This document shows positions 26,903 to 35,919 of a stretch of DNA of 64,000 nucleotides, one piece after another. The stretch is from an uncultured Bacteroidales bacterium (GTDB taxonomy: Bacteria; Bacteroidota; Bacteroidia; Bacteroidales; VadinHA17): assembly GCA_963823065.1 (NCBI GenBank), contig CAWGJX010000004.1:192139-256138 (forward strand). The letters are read 5' to 3'. Within the stretch, counting starts at the first letter, position 1, and every line of letters begins with the position of its first letter. The notes beneath the pieces were generated by a model. That model searched no databases, was not told the origin of the DNA, and saw only the letters and a program-made list of their open reading frames with translations. A program made the position numbers and the translations under genes.

Positions 26903-28854
26903 TATTTTGAGACTTTCTTGATAAAGATTTCTTCAGGATACCCTTTCCTTATCAACTCGAGTCTTAATGAATAAGCTTCATCCCGTGTCGCAAATCTACC
27001 TGTGGTGTACCTGTAGAACTTATCGAGATCATTATACAGGACTTTCATATCGGTGATATATTTAAAATACGTTACATCAACAGGACGATGGAGAGCCATA
27101 ACCTGTACTGTATAATAAAGTACATCAGAATCTTTTATATTAACGTCACTTACATCGCTTACATTGAGGTTTCTGATCAGAGTACTGGTATCTGCTTCTG
27201 CAATGGTAGGGATTAACGAAAGATTTATTTTATCATAAACAACAGGGTGGCTGGTAATCCTCTTTATGGTTGTATCTCTTTCAAGTGACACATCTATATT
27301 TATCGAGAGGTTAGGGCTATCCTGCAAAATGGCGGTATCAATTATCTGAGTTTTATAGCCATACCCTTTATAATAGATTCTGAATTGCCCCGGCGCAACA
27401 ATAAAATTATAAAGGCCTGTATATTTATTCGGGAATCCTACATCGAGAGTATCTCCTGATGTTTTATTTAAAAGATCAATGGAGTAATTTTTATCAAACG
27501 TTACTGTTGTATCTCTAAGACTGAATCTGCCTTTTATTTCAAAGGACTGGTTTACGTCAGTATTTCCCATCCCGAGATAAAATATTTCTTTCTGTTTATA
27601 ATCAGTTGGCATCGAATAATAGGCATTCTTTCCATTATTTACTGGTTGAAAGAATTTGTCATCGTCAGTTGTATTAATGGGATACCCTAAATTTGTTGGC
27701 GTTTTCCAGCCTGATCCTATCTTCTGACTCTTAAAATTATCAAATCCGCCCATTGAGCTATGTCCCTCAGAAGAAAAATAAAGCACTGAATCATTCTGGG
27801 TTATGAAAGGTGTATCTTCATTAAATGGAGTATTGATAGCTGAGCCAAGGTTTACAGCAGGACCCCAATCGCCATTTTCATCTTTTTCAGAAACATAAAT
27901 GTCGAGGTTTCCCTGACCACCGTCTCTGTTGCTGGAAAAATATAGTTTCTTCGAATCGGCAGAAATAGAGGCATGCGATTCATAAAATTTCGTATTTATG
28001 TTCTTATTTAATTTTTTAATTGGCGTCCAGGCGCCATCAACGAAATTCGAGGAATATATTGCTCCATCGTAGTTATCAGTTTTGTACAGGAAGAGCTCTG
28101 TTCCATCAAAGTTAAGCGAACAGGATGAACAATCGTCACCCGCATTTAATTGAGCGGTTATTTCAATTGGAGTCTGCCATTTGCCTCTTTCTTTCTTTGA
28201 AAAGAAAAGTGCATTAACTGCTCCTCTGCGTTCGGTATATACAATTGTGTTGCCATCGAAGCTAACAGCAGGATTCTCATTTATTGAGCCCTGGTTGAAT
28301 TCACTTCCCATTGGTTTTTTACTGAACGTTACAGGATTCTTTTCATAATCAATTGCGTTCTTGCATGCCTGAATCTGTTGTTCAATGTAATCAAGATTCT
28401 TCATGCCTCCCCTGGAAGATGTTTCTCTGGCAAGCTTATTAAAAGTCTGAAGAGTGCTTAGAGCTTTATATAGTTGATTATTAATAAGATATGCCTTGGA
28501 TAGAGAGAAGTATGAATCAAGTGGGGCCCTCTTTTCCTTGAAAGATTCGGGTTTTGACTCGTAAGATGCTGATTTAACAGCTCTCTCGAGATATGGAATT
28601 GATTTTTCTTTCTCTCCGGGAATATTAAGATAACAATTGCCTATTTTATATTGAATGTTTCCATTGCCGGTGGTATCCATTATAAGATATAATTGATTTG
28701 CCAGATCATATTCTTCATAAAGATAATATGACTCGGCTTTCTCAAATATTTTCTTCATCTCACCTGAAGACTGGGCAGAAACCGTGATTGGAATTATTAC
28801 CAAAGCTGTCAGCTGCAGTAAGCCCCTTACGATTTTTACTCTGAAGTTATCCAT
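26902..28854 (-). CDS. PorE-like paralog: signal peptide, TPR, PD40 beta-propeller, CRD-like domain, C-terminal SPOR-like domain
   Basis: Shares its N-terminal plan with its three neighbours. The last ~70 aa (YTVQVMALHRP...GRFATRDEAYSLRLELIRKGYPEEIFIKK) look SPOR-like. Its stop shares one base with the next gene's ATG (TAATG). Confidence 0.6.
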   Translation of the reverse strand: MDNFRVKIVRGLLQLTALVIIPITVSAQSSGEMKKIFEKAESYYLYEEYDLANQLYLIMDTTGNGNIQYKIGNCYLNIPGEKEKSIPYLERAVKSASYESKPESFKEKRAPLDSYFSLSKAYLINNQLYKALSTLQTFNKLARETSSRGGMKNLDYIEQQIQACKNAIDYEKNPVTFSKKPMGSEFNQGSINENPAVSFDGNTIVYTERRGAVNALFFSKKERGKWQTPIEITAQLNAGDDCSSCSLNFDGTELFLYKTDNYDGAIYSSNFVDGAWTPIKKLNKNINTKFYESHASISADSKKLYFSSNRDGGQGNLDIYVSEKDENGDWGPAVNLGSAINTPFNEDTPFITQNDSVLYFSSEGHSSMGGFDNFKSQKIGSGWKTPTNLGYPINTTDDDKFFQPVNNGKNAYYSMPTDYKQKEIFYLGMGNTDVNQSFEIKGRFSLRDTTVTFDKNYSIDLLNKTSGDTLDVGFPNKYTGLYNFIVAPGQFRIYYKGYGYKTQIIDTAILQDSPNLSINIDVSLERDTTIKRITSHPVVYDKINLSLIPTIAEADTSTLIRNLNVSDVSDVNIKDSDVLYYTVQVMALHRPVDVTYFKYITDMKVLYNDLDKFYRYTTGRFATRDEAYSLRLELIRKGYPEEIFIKKVSK

Positions 28855-28859
28855 TAAAA

Positions 28860-28867
28860 CAAATATA
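28860..28867 (-). promoter_or_regulatory. candidate -7 box (TATATTTG on the minus strand) 5 nt upstream of the ATG at 28854
   Basis: Plus-strand CAAATATA is an exact reverse-complement match to TAnnTTTG. Confidence 0.35.
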
Positions 28868-28904
28868 GCATTATTTAAAAGGGATTTTGCAAACGGGTCG
28901 ATTT

Positions 28905-30179
28905 TTATTTAAATGTTATTTTATAGATGTCTTCCTTACCATATCCGCCTGTTTCTTTATATCTTGAATAATAGCCCGATTTACCGTCACCTATAGGCAT
29001 AAAGAATACGTCATCATCGGGTGTATTGATAGGATATCCAAGATTTTTTGGATTACTCCATAGACCATTCGATTGGAGATCAGATCTGAATATGTCATAA
29101 CCTCCTATCGTTTCATGTCCCTGGGAACTGAAAAAAATGGTTTTTCCATTATTAATCAGAAATGGTCTGTCCTCATTGAATTGTGTATTAATTTCCGGGC
29201 CAAGATTGACTGGTGGACCCCAGTCGCCATTTACTTTTTGGGAAATGTACAGATCAAGTCCGCCGAAGCCTCCTGGTCTGTCCGATGCGAAAATCAGCTG
29301 ATTCCCGTCTTCTGAAATAAATCCGTGTGATTCCCAGTATTTTGTATTAATGTTTTTGTTTAGTTTGACAATTTTTGTCCAGGTCTCTCCGACAAGAGAG
29401 CTCACATATATATCGCTGTTATCGTTATCATCTTTGGAAAGAAATAGTAATTTCCCATCGGCAGAAAGACATGAGATATAAAAATCTCCATCGGTTTGGA
29501 GGTCAGGTGTGATATTAACAGGAGCTGACCATTTCCCATTTATAAGTTTGGAAAACATAACAGCATCATAGAATTTGAGAGAAACCATATAAGCAAAAGA
29601 CTTGCCATCTGCTGATATCAGAGGATTAAACTGAGACTTTTCATCATTAAACTGTTCTCCAATGTTTTCTTCAGTAAAAGATACCGGCTTAGCTATAAAA
29701 TCTTTAGCCTTATCGCATACTTCAATTTCATGTTTTACGAACTCCACATTCTCATGATCGTCAGGCAGAAGTGTAGCAAGATATTTAGTGAAAGCCTCTT
29801 TTGCCTGATCGAACTTGAAATTAACGCGATAAGCTTTCCCAAGCTGAAATAATGCATCATATGGAGCTGCTACCTGGTTAATGCTTCCTTCTTTGCGCTT
29901 GGCTGACATATTCTTTGATGCAATACTGAGATAATCTACAGATAGATTCTTTTTTGAAGGAATATTAAGATAGCACACTCCTATGCGGTATGCAAGGTTC
30001 GCATTGGAAGGCAATTTCTCATATAAAGGCAGATAATATGTGAGAGCATCAGAATAATCTCCGTTCATCATGAAATATTCAGCTTCAAGGAATGCATCCT
30101 GAAGCTCTTTATTTCCCTGAGCACGTAGCGGAATGATGAAAATAAATATACTAAACAGACACATTACTCTTTTGCGCAT
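28905..30179 (-). CDS. PorE-like paralog, minimal form: signal peptide, TPR, PD40 beta-propeller only
   Basis: 424 aa. Same conserved blocks (GVCYLNIP, AAPYDALFQLGKAYR, IFASDRPGGFGGLDLYIS, GHETIGGYDIFRS). Ends directly after the propeller. Confidence 0.6.
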   Translation of the reverse strand: MRKRVMCLFSIFIFIIPLRAQGNKELQDAFLEAEYFMMNGDYSDALTYYLPLYEKLPSNANLAYRIGVCYLNIPSKKNLSVDYLSIASKNMSAKRKEGSINQVAAPYDALFQLGKAYRVNFKFDQAKEAFTKYLATLLPDDHENVEFVKHEIEVCDKAKDFIAKPVSFTEENIGEQFNDEKSQFNPLISADGKSFAYMVSLKFYDAVMFSKLINGKWSAPVNITPDLQTDGDFYISCLSADGKLLFLSKDDNDNSDIYVSSLVGETWTKIVKLNKNINTKYWESHGFISEDGNQLIFASDRPGGFGGLDLYISQKVNGDWGPPVNLGPEINTQFNEDRPFLINNGKTIFFSSQGHETIGGYDIFRSDLQSNGLWSNPKNLGYPINTPDDDVFFMPIGDGKSGYYSRYKETGGYGKEDIYKITFK

Positions 30180-30198
30180 AGACAGAGATTTTGTTAGT

Positions 30199-30206
30199 CA
30201 AATTTA
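30199..30206 (-). promoter_or_regulatory. candidate -7 box (TAAATTTG on the minus strand) 19 nt upstream of the ATG at 30179
   Basis: Plus-strand CAAATTTA is an exact reverse-complement match to TAnnTTTG. Confidence 0.3.
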
Positions 30207-30246
30207 TTAAAAAATCGGCAATAGAATGTTAAACCTGTAATATTTT

Positions 30247-30280
30247 ATGAAAATGACCGGCGAGGACCAGTCATTTTCAT
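30247..30280 (-). terminator. 11-bp hairpin just downstream of the first PorE-like gene (terminator or attenuator)
   Basis: ATGAAAATGAC ... GTCATTTTCAT with a 12-nt loop. The downstream sequence on the minus strand is A/T-rich but has no clean T-run. Confidence 0.35.
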
Positions 30281-30284
30281 TCAT

Positions 30285-33137
30285 TTATTTTTTGTTTTTG
30301 TTTTTTCTTCTCCAAAGAATAAGGAATAAACTAAATATTCCGAGAAGTATCAGCAGCCATAATATCCACAACCCATTTTTATTTCCGGATGACACTATTG
30401 ATTTAGAATTTTCAGGTGAAATGTTTTTTGAAAGTATCAGGTTGGCTATACTTCCAAAAACAAATTCCTGTGGATACTTTTCTTTATTAGTAATAAGATA
30501 TTTTATAAGGTTCTCTGGCGTTTTGATTTTTTCTTTCTTCAGTTCAATAGATTTCAGTACTGAAATGAATTGTTCATCTGATTGTCCGATCAAATCATTG
30601 AGATATTGGTCCATTTTAGTATCAGGCAATGAGCTCAGTCTTACAAGCAACTCTACAAGCTGAGCCTGTGAGAGCCCCTGCCTGAGAGATTCATTATAAA
30701 ATGATTGCAGCCATTTCCAGGTTGTTTTAGAGTTGCTGTTATCGGCAGAAGTCACAGCCCCTTTGACGAGCAATCCTATTGAAGAGTTTTCAGTGAATGA
30801 CAGAATCTTAGATCTCAAAATATCTATATTCGGGTCAATCCCGTTCAGGATGGCTGCGGCAATCCTGTTCAGGTCGCGTGGACTTATCCTTCCACCGGTT
30901 TTTTCTGAAATATATTGCTGCAGATCAGTCCATGTCTTCAAATTGGACGTATGTATATCAAGGCCAGAGAGAAGCTTTTGCAGTTCGCCATCTGAATATT
31001 TTGCAAGTAAATCGACTGCAGCCTGGGTAAGAATATTATCAAATACAGCTACCGTAAGTGCCAGCCTGTCAATGTCTTCTGGGTTTATGCCTTTTTTAAC
31101 AGCTTCTTCCTTAAGTAATGAAATATAGTCGTCGATTTTTCCGAATTCCTTTTGTTTTATATTAGCATTCGTGATAAGATCAAGAAGTTTGTCCCCGGCG
31201 CGGCTTTTAAGCATCTCGACAAAGATGGAGATCTGTTTCTGAGAAATAATTCTGTTGTATTCAGGTCTCTTAACCGGTTGATTTGTAATGTTTCTTTCAC
31301 GGGTAATCAGAACTTCGGTCTGGGTTTGGTTATTGTATCTGTCGGCAAGTTTAAACACAACCCTGTTTTTACCGTTAGCGGGTGCCATTTTATAATTAAA
31401 AACTGAATCGCGCACAGTAAAATGCTGCACAGATACTAATGAATCACCAACCCAGTTCTCGACAGTAAGGATCGATTTCGGTTCAATTTTCATTGGAATG
31501 ACAATTGAGTCGCCTCCGCTGACAGATATGCTTTTATTTGATTCCACGTTTAAATCAGCCTCAAAATCTGTTCTTGGTATAATTGTTCCGGGAAGTATCA
31601 AGCTGTCGGAGGGATTTAGCAGAGGAAGATTTAAATTTTTGATAACTGTTTGACCTCCATCTCCCTGATATGTAATTTGATAATCCCCCTGTGGAAGCTG
31701 GAATTCGTACTGACCGGTCTGAGGATTCGAATATACAATCATCGTCTGATCAGGATTCTTTATATTCATAGCGCTGATCTTAACGCTGTCATTCATGTTA
31801 TTTATCAAATCGGCAACCTTTACCATCCCTCTGACAAAGAATTTTCTGGGATGATCATTTGAAAAGATTTCGACACGGTATATATCCTGTTTCCCAAACC
31901 CTCCCGGAAGTTCTTTCGAAATATAACCTTCATAGCCTTGATTCAAAGGTCTGAAGAATACATCATCATCAGTAGTATTTAAAGGGAAACCTACATTCAG
32001 GGGTACTGACCATTCTCCGTTATCAAGTAATGTTGAGTAAAAAATATCATACCCACCCATGTTAAAGTGACCCCTTGAACTGAAAAACAGTGTTTTGTCA
32101 TCCTGACTCAAAAATGGAGATTCTTCATTATAAGGTGTGTTTATCTTCGGTCCAAGATTAACTGCCGGACCCCAATCCCCGATACTGTCGCGGGTAGATA
32201 CATATATATCCAGTCCGCCATATGTACCTTTCCTGTTACTGGTGAAATAAAGCTTTTTGTTATCGTGAGAAATAGTTGCATGTGATTCCCAGTATTTGGT
32301 ATTTATTTTATCATTCAGCTTTACGATAGGAGACCATTTCCCATTCACAAGCCGTGAGGTATAAATTATCCCATCATAATCAGCTGAACTGTATAAATAA
32401 AGATCCTTACCGTCCTTCGAGATTGAAGTAGGAAAAAGATCACGGTCTACTTTTAAGAGCTCATTCATATTCTGAGGATCCGTCCATACACCATTGACTT
32501 TAGTTGAAAAAAGAATAGCATCATAAAAAGCCTGGCTCCTTGAAAAAACAATCATATCCTCTTTATCAGATACCACAGGATTGTAATCATTATTACTACT
32601 GTTTATTACATTCCCGAGGTTCTTCTCTTTGAGATAGAGAGGCATCCTCATAAGCTCCTGGGCATTCCGGCAACTCTGTATCTGGAGATTCACAACTGTC
32701 GTATCATATACCGCAGGGTTCATATTTAATTTGAAAAGTTCATATGTTTTTAGTGCTTTATCTATCTGATTATTGATGCGGTATGCATTTGCAAGATAGT
32801 ACAGAGCATCATACGGAGCACCTGTTTCATTAAATCTGCCTTCTTTATATTTCGGATCAATATCTGCAACAGCGTCCTCAAGATAACTGATGGCTTTAAA
32901 TTTCTCACCCGGTATATTGATATAACATTGACCTGTCCTGTATTTGTAATTTGAATTTTCAGGGTATTTTTTCAGTAGTTGCAGATATAATGGCAGGGCA
33001 TCCTGATACGACTCAAATAAGATCCAACTCTCAGCTTCGAAAAAATTTTGCCTGCTCTCTTCCTTAGATTGTGAGCGTAACTCAGGATTGATAAATGTAG
33101 CCAGCAGCCACATTATGATAACTAATCTTTTCATCAT
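30285..33137 (-). CDS. PorE-like paralog, long form: signal peptide, TPR, PD40 beta-propeller, CRD-like and Ig-like segments, ~280-aa helical repeat region, C-terminal TM anchor
   Basis: 950 aa. Blocks GQCYINIPGEK, GAPYDALYYLANAYR, YFTSNRKGTYGGLDIYVS and GHFNMGGYDIFYS. The C-terminal sequence is GLWILWLLILLGIFSLFLILW followed by RRKNKNKK. Confidence 0.6.
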   Translation of the reverse strand: MMKRLVIIMWLLATFINPELRSQSKEESRQNFFEAESWILFESYQDALPLYLQLLKKYPENSNYKYRTGQCYINIPGEKFKAISYLEDAVADIDPKYKEGRFNETGAPYDALYYLANAYRINNQIDKALKTYELFKLNMNPAVYDTTVVNLQIQSCRNAQELMRMPLYLKEKNLGNVINSSNNDYNPVVSDKEDMIVFSRSQAFYDAILFSTKVNGVWTDPQNMNELLKVDRDLFPTSISKDGKDLYLYSSADYDGIIYTSRLVNGKWSPIVKLNDKINTKYWESHATISHDNKKLYFTSNRKGTYGGLDIYVSTRDSIGDWGPAVNLGPKINTPYNEESPFLSQDDKTLFFSSRGHFNMGGYDIFYSTLLDNGEWSVPLNVGFPLNTTDDDVFFRPLNQGYEGYISKELPGGFGKQDIYRVEIFSNDHPRKFFVRGMVKVADLINNMNDSVKISAMNIKNPDQTMIVYSNPQTGQYEFQLPQGDYQITYQGDGGQTVIKNLNLPLLNPSDSLILPGTIIPRTDFEADLNVESNKSISVSGGDSIVIPMKIEPKSILTVENWVGDSLVSVQHFTVRDSVFNYKMAPANGKNRVVFKLADRYNNQTQTEVLITRERNITNQPVKRPEYNRIISQKQISIFVEMLKSRAGDKLLDLITNANIKQKEFGKIDDYISLLKEEAVKKGINPEDIDRLALTVAVFDNILTQAAVDLLAKYSDGELQKLLSGLDIHTSNLKTWTDLQQYISEKTGGRISPRDLNRIAAAILNGIDPNIDILRSKILSFTENSSIGLLVKGAVTSADNSNSKTTWKWLQSFYNESLRQGLSQAQLVELLVRLSSLPDTKMDQYLNDLIGQSDEQFISVLKSIELKKEKIKTPENLIKYLITNKEKYPQEFVFGSIANLILSKNISPENSKSIVSSGNKNGLWILWLLILLGIFSLFLILWRRKNKNKK

Positions 33138-33275
33138 AATACAATTAATCTAAATGGAATTAGGGCACATAAATCATATGTGAAAATTAAGATCCTTAGG
33201 TTCTATTTTTAGAATGGAGGAAGTCAAACTGTTATTTCTCTACTCAAGGCTACTAATATAGGATAAATATTAGAA

Positions 33276-33302
33276 AAAAGGACTATTTGAAGTAGTCCTT
33301 TT
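33276..33302. terminator. bidirectional-type hairpin downstream of the E2 gene
   Basis: 10-bp stem AAAAGGACTA / TAGTCCTTTT with a 7-nt loop. An A-run lies before it and a T-run after it, so a T-run follows on either strand. Confidence 0.6.
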
Positions 33303-33372
33303 TACCTTTTTTTTTCAAACAGCGATTATTCGCTGATGAAATTCATAACAAATATACCTTCTTAACTTTTAA

Positions 33373-34752
33373 TCAGATATAGTCCGGAGTATAATTCTCA
33401 AGGATTTCTTTTATTTTATGAATGAATTTTCCTGCCAGTGCCCCATCAATAACCCGGTGGTCGTAACTTAACGACAGAATCATTATTTGTCTTATTCCAA
33501 TCATATCCCCTTCTTCTGTTTCAATAACCACAGGAGTTTTTCTTACAACACCCGTACCCAGGATAGCAGCCTGTGGCTGATTTATTATTGGTGTTCCTGC
33601 AAGATTTTGATAACTTCCAAAATTCGTAATTGTAAATGTACCACCCGTAATTTCATCAGGTTTTAATTTATTGATCCTTGCTCTTTCAGCCAGATCGTTG
33701 ACTGTTTTGGCCAGACCGGTAAGGCTTTTCTCATTAGCATTTTTAATGACCGGGACAATCAGGTTGCCATCGGGTAGGGCAGTGGCCATTCCAATATTAA
33801 TATTCTTCTTTTTGATTATGTTTTCTCCATCAACTGATATATTTACCATAGGAAATTCATGCAGAGCTTTGGCAACAGCATCAATAAAAATTGGGGTAAG
33901 TGTAAGCTTTTGACCCTCTGATGCCAGGAAACGATCCTTATTTGCGTTTCTCCAGTTGACAAGACGAGTAACATCAGCATCAATAAAAGATGTAACATGG
34001 GGAGATGTTCGTTTAGACATAACCATATGCTCTGCAATTATTTTGCGGATTCTGTCCATGGGAATAACTTCATCCCCTGCCGATTTTGTTACCGGATTTT
34101 CTTTCTTTTCACTCCTTTCAATAGCTGGAACTGCTTTTGTCTCAACAATCTTTTTAGATTCTATTGGTGAAATTACTGAATCAGGAATTTCCTTGCTTGC
34201 GACAGTTTTTACGGGCTCAACTGACTCTTTTCCTGTATTCCTCTCATCAAGTATTTTTAAGATATCATCTTTTGTAATCCGGCCATCCATTCCTGTTCCT
34301 GTAACATTATCAAGATCGTCATAACTAATACCTTCACGTGAAGCAATACTCCTTACTAATGGAGAAATAAACTTACCCGAAGGCGTCCTGCTTTTCATAT
34401 CATGCGACAAGTTCTCCGTTTCAGTTTTTTCACGCTTTGAAGATTCGATTGTTTCACGGACTCTTTCAACCTCCTTATCAACTTTTTTCAAATCTTCTTT
34501 TGTCGGAGTGGCATTATTTTCAATCACGGCCAGAATCTCACCGATTTTAGCAATTGAGCCTTCTTTTACATTTATCGATATGAGAGTACCAGCCACAGGG
34601 GCCGGAACTTCAGAATCCACTTTATCAGTAGCTACTTCAACCAGCGGATCATCTTCCTTAACCTGTGAACCTTCAGAAACCAGCCATTTATTTATTGTTG
34701 CTTCTATTACGCCTTCTCCCATTGCAGGTAATGTGATATTCAATCTTGCCAT
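33373..34752 (-). CDS. 2-oxoacid dehydrogenase E2 component (dihydrolipoamide acyltransferase)
   Basis: N-terminal lipoyl domain (VATDKVDSEVPAP), a peripheral subunit-binding domain (SPLVRSIASREGISYDDL), and a catalytic domain with the DHRVIDGA motif. Confidence 0.88.
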   Translation of the reverse strand: MARLNITLPAMGEGVIEATINKWLVSEGSQVKEDDPLVEVATDKVDSEVPAPVAGTLISINVKEGSIAKIGEILAVIENNATPTKEDLKKVDKEVERVRETIESSKREKTETENLSHDMKSRTPSGKFISPLVRSIASREGISYDDLDNVTGTGMDGRITKDDILKILDERNTGKESVEPVKTVASKEIPDSVISPIESKKIVETKAVPAIERSEKKENPVTKSAGDEVIPMDRIRKIIAEHMVMSKRTSPHVTSFIDADVTRLVNWRNANKDRFLASEGQKLTLTPIFIDAVAKALHEFPMVNISVDGENIIKKKNINIGMATALPDGNLIVPVIKNANEKSLTGLAKTVNDLAERARINKLKPDEITGGTFTITNFGSYQNLAGTPIINQPQAAILGTGVVRKTPVVIETEEGDMIGIRQIMILSLSYDHRVIDGALAGKFIHKIKEILENYTPDYI

Positions 34753-34977
34753 ATTTTAATATTTTGAGTATAATTTTCTTTTCAACGGTTATTCAATGAT
34801 TTTGCCGTAAACTAGTTACTATTGCTTAACAGGTAGAAATTTCATAAATATTAAACAAGCGGATTGAAAAAATGTTTCAGATTAAAGTTGCATCATGAAA
34901 CAATAGACGCTTGACCCTATCCAAAATATCATCAAGGCTTTTGAGAAGGTTGAAATCCAATTATTGCTAAGGTCGTG

Positions 34978-34998
34978 CCCCCCTTACACCCTAAAGGG
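34978..34998. repeat. G/C-run element CCCCCCTTACACCCTAAAGGG, related to the element at 37353-37376
   Basis: By-eye alignment to CCCCCCAACCCCCCTAAAGGGGGG. It contains the stop codon of the truncated aminotransferase ORF. Confidence 0.5.
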
Positions 34999-35197
34999 AG
35001 CTATCAGGACCGTCCTTTTCAAGTATCTCACAGACAATTTGTTTTAGATCATGAACGGGAAGTGTTTCAGGTGCGGGAAGCCCTCCGGCAAAGGATATCA
35101 TACCTGGTTCCCGGAGATGTTTTAGTATTTCCCTGATCGCCGACCGTTTTATACGCTTACCCGAATCGGAGAGTAAATGATTTATTGATTTTATCAT
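34991..35197 (-). pseudogene. N-terminal ~62-codon remnant of a PLP-dependent class I/II aminotransferase (LysN/AadAT-like)
   Basis: SAIREILKHLREPGMISFAGGLPAPETLP is the conserved N-terminal signature of ~400-aa aminotransferases. The ORF stops after 68 codons and 238 nt of non-coding DNA follow. Its ATG overlaps the recR stop (ATGA). Confidence 0.6.
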
Positions 35198-35808
35198 TGC
35201 TGGTAAGGGTTTCTGTTATTAATGGCGCGTCCTAATGTTATCTCATCAGTATATTCAAGTTCATCCCCTACTGCTACTCCTCTTGCAAGTGTTGTTATTT
35301 GTATGTTATACTTACTGAGTCTTTTATAAAGGTAGTAATTTGTTGTATCACCTTCCATTGTTGTGCTGAGAGCAAGAATTAGTTCGGTTATTCCTCCGGA
35401 TTTCACCTTTTCTTCAAGATTGTCGATTTTCAGATCGGAAGGACCTATTCCGTCAATCGGCGAAATGATTCCTCCCAGAACATGATATACTCCCCTGAAT
35501 TGCCGCGTATTTTCAATAGCCATCACGTCCTGAATGTTTTCAACAACGCAGATTACAGATTTCTCCCTTTTATCATCATTACAGATATTGCATATTTCGG
35601 TATCGGAAATATTATTGCAGATCTTGCAGTAATGAATTTCTTCATGAAGTCTTATAATACTCTCACCAAACTTTTTCACCTCTTCTGAGTCTCTTCTTAA
35701 TAAATTCATTACCAGACGGAACGCTGTTTTTCTGCCAACACCCGGGAGTGAAGCAAATTCATTTACGGCATTTTCTAAAAGCCTCGATGGAAATTCAGTA
35801 AAACTCAT
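35194..35808 (-). CDS. recR: recombination protein RecR
   Basis: [12 protein letters not shown] helix-hairpin-helix, a C4 zinc finger ([16 protein letters not shown]) and a Toprim domain; 204 aa. Confidence 0.93.
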   Translation of the reverse strand: MSFTEFPSRLLENAVNEFASLPGVGRKTAFRLVMNLLRRDSEEVKKFGESIIRLHEEIHYCKICNNISDTEICNICNDDKREKSVICVVENIQDVMAIENTRQFRGVYHVLGGIISPIDGIGPSDLKIDNLEEKVKSGGITELILALSTTMEGDTTNYYLYKRLSKYNIQITTLARGVAVGDELEYTDEITLGRAINNRNPYQQ

Positions 35809-35825
35809 GATTTAAATCTTTCAGA

Positions 35826-35833
35826 CAAAATTA
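35826..35833 (-). promoter_or_regulatory. candidate -7 box (TAATTTTG on the minus strand) 17 nt upstream of the recR ATG
   Basis: Plus-strand CAAAATTA is an exact reverse-complement match to TAnnTTTG. Confidence 0.35.
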
Positions 35834-35919
35834 GTTCAAATTTCCAGTGTTATTTATACAGTACGGAATTTTTTGTACTGCGTTCTTTTTGTTATTCTTG
35901 TGTCCTAATTGTTTTTTAT

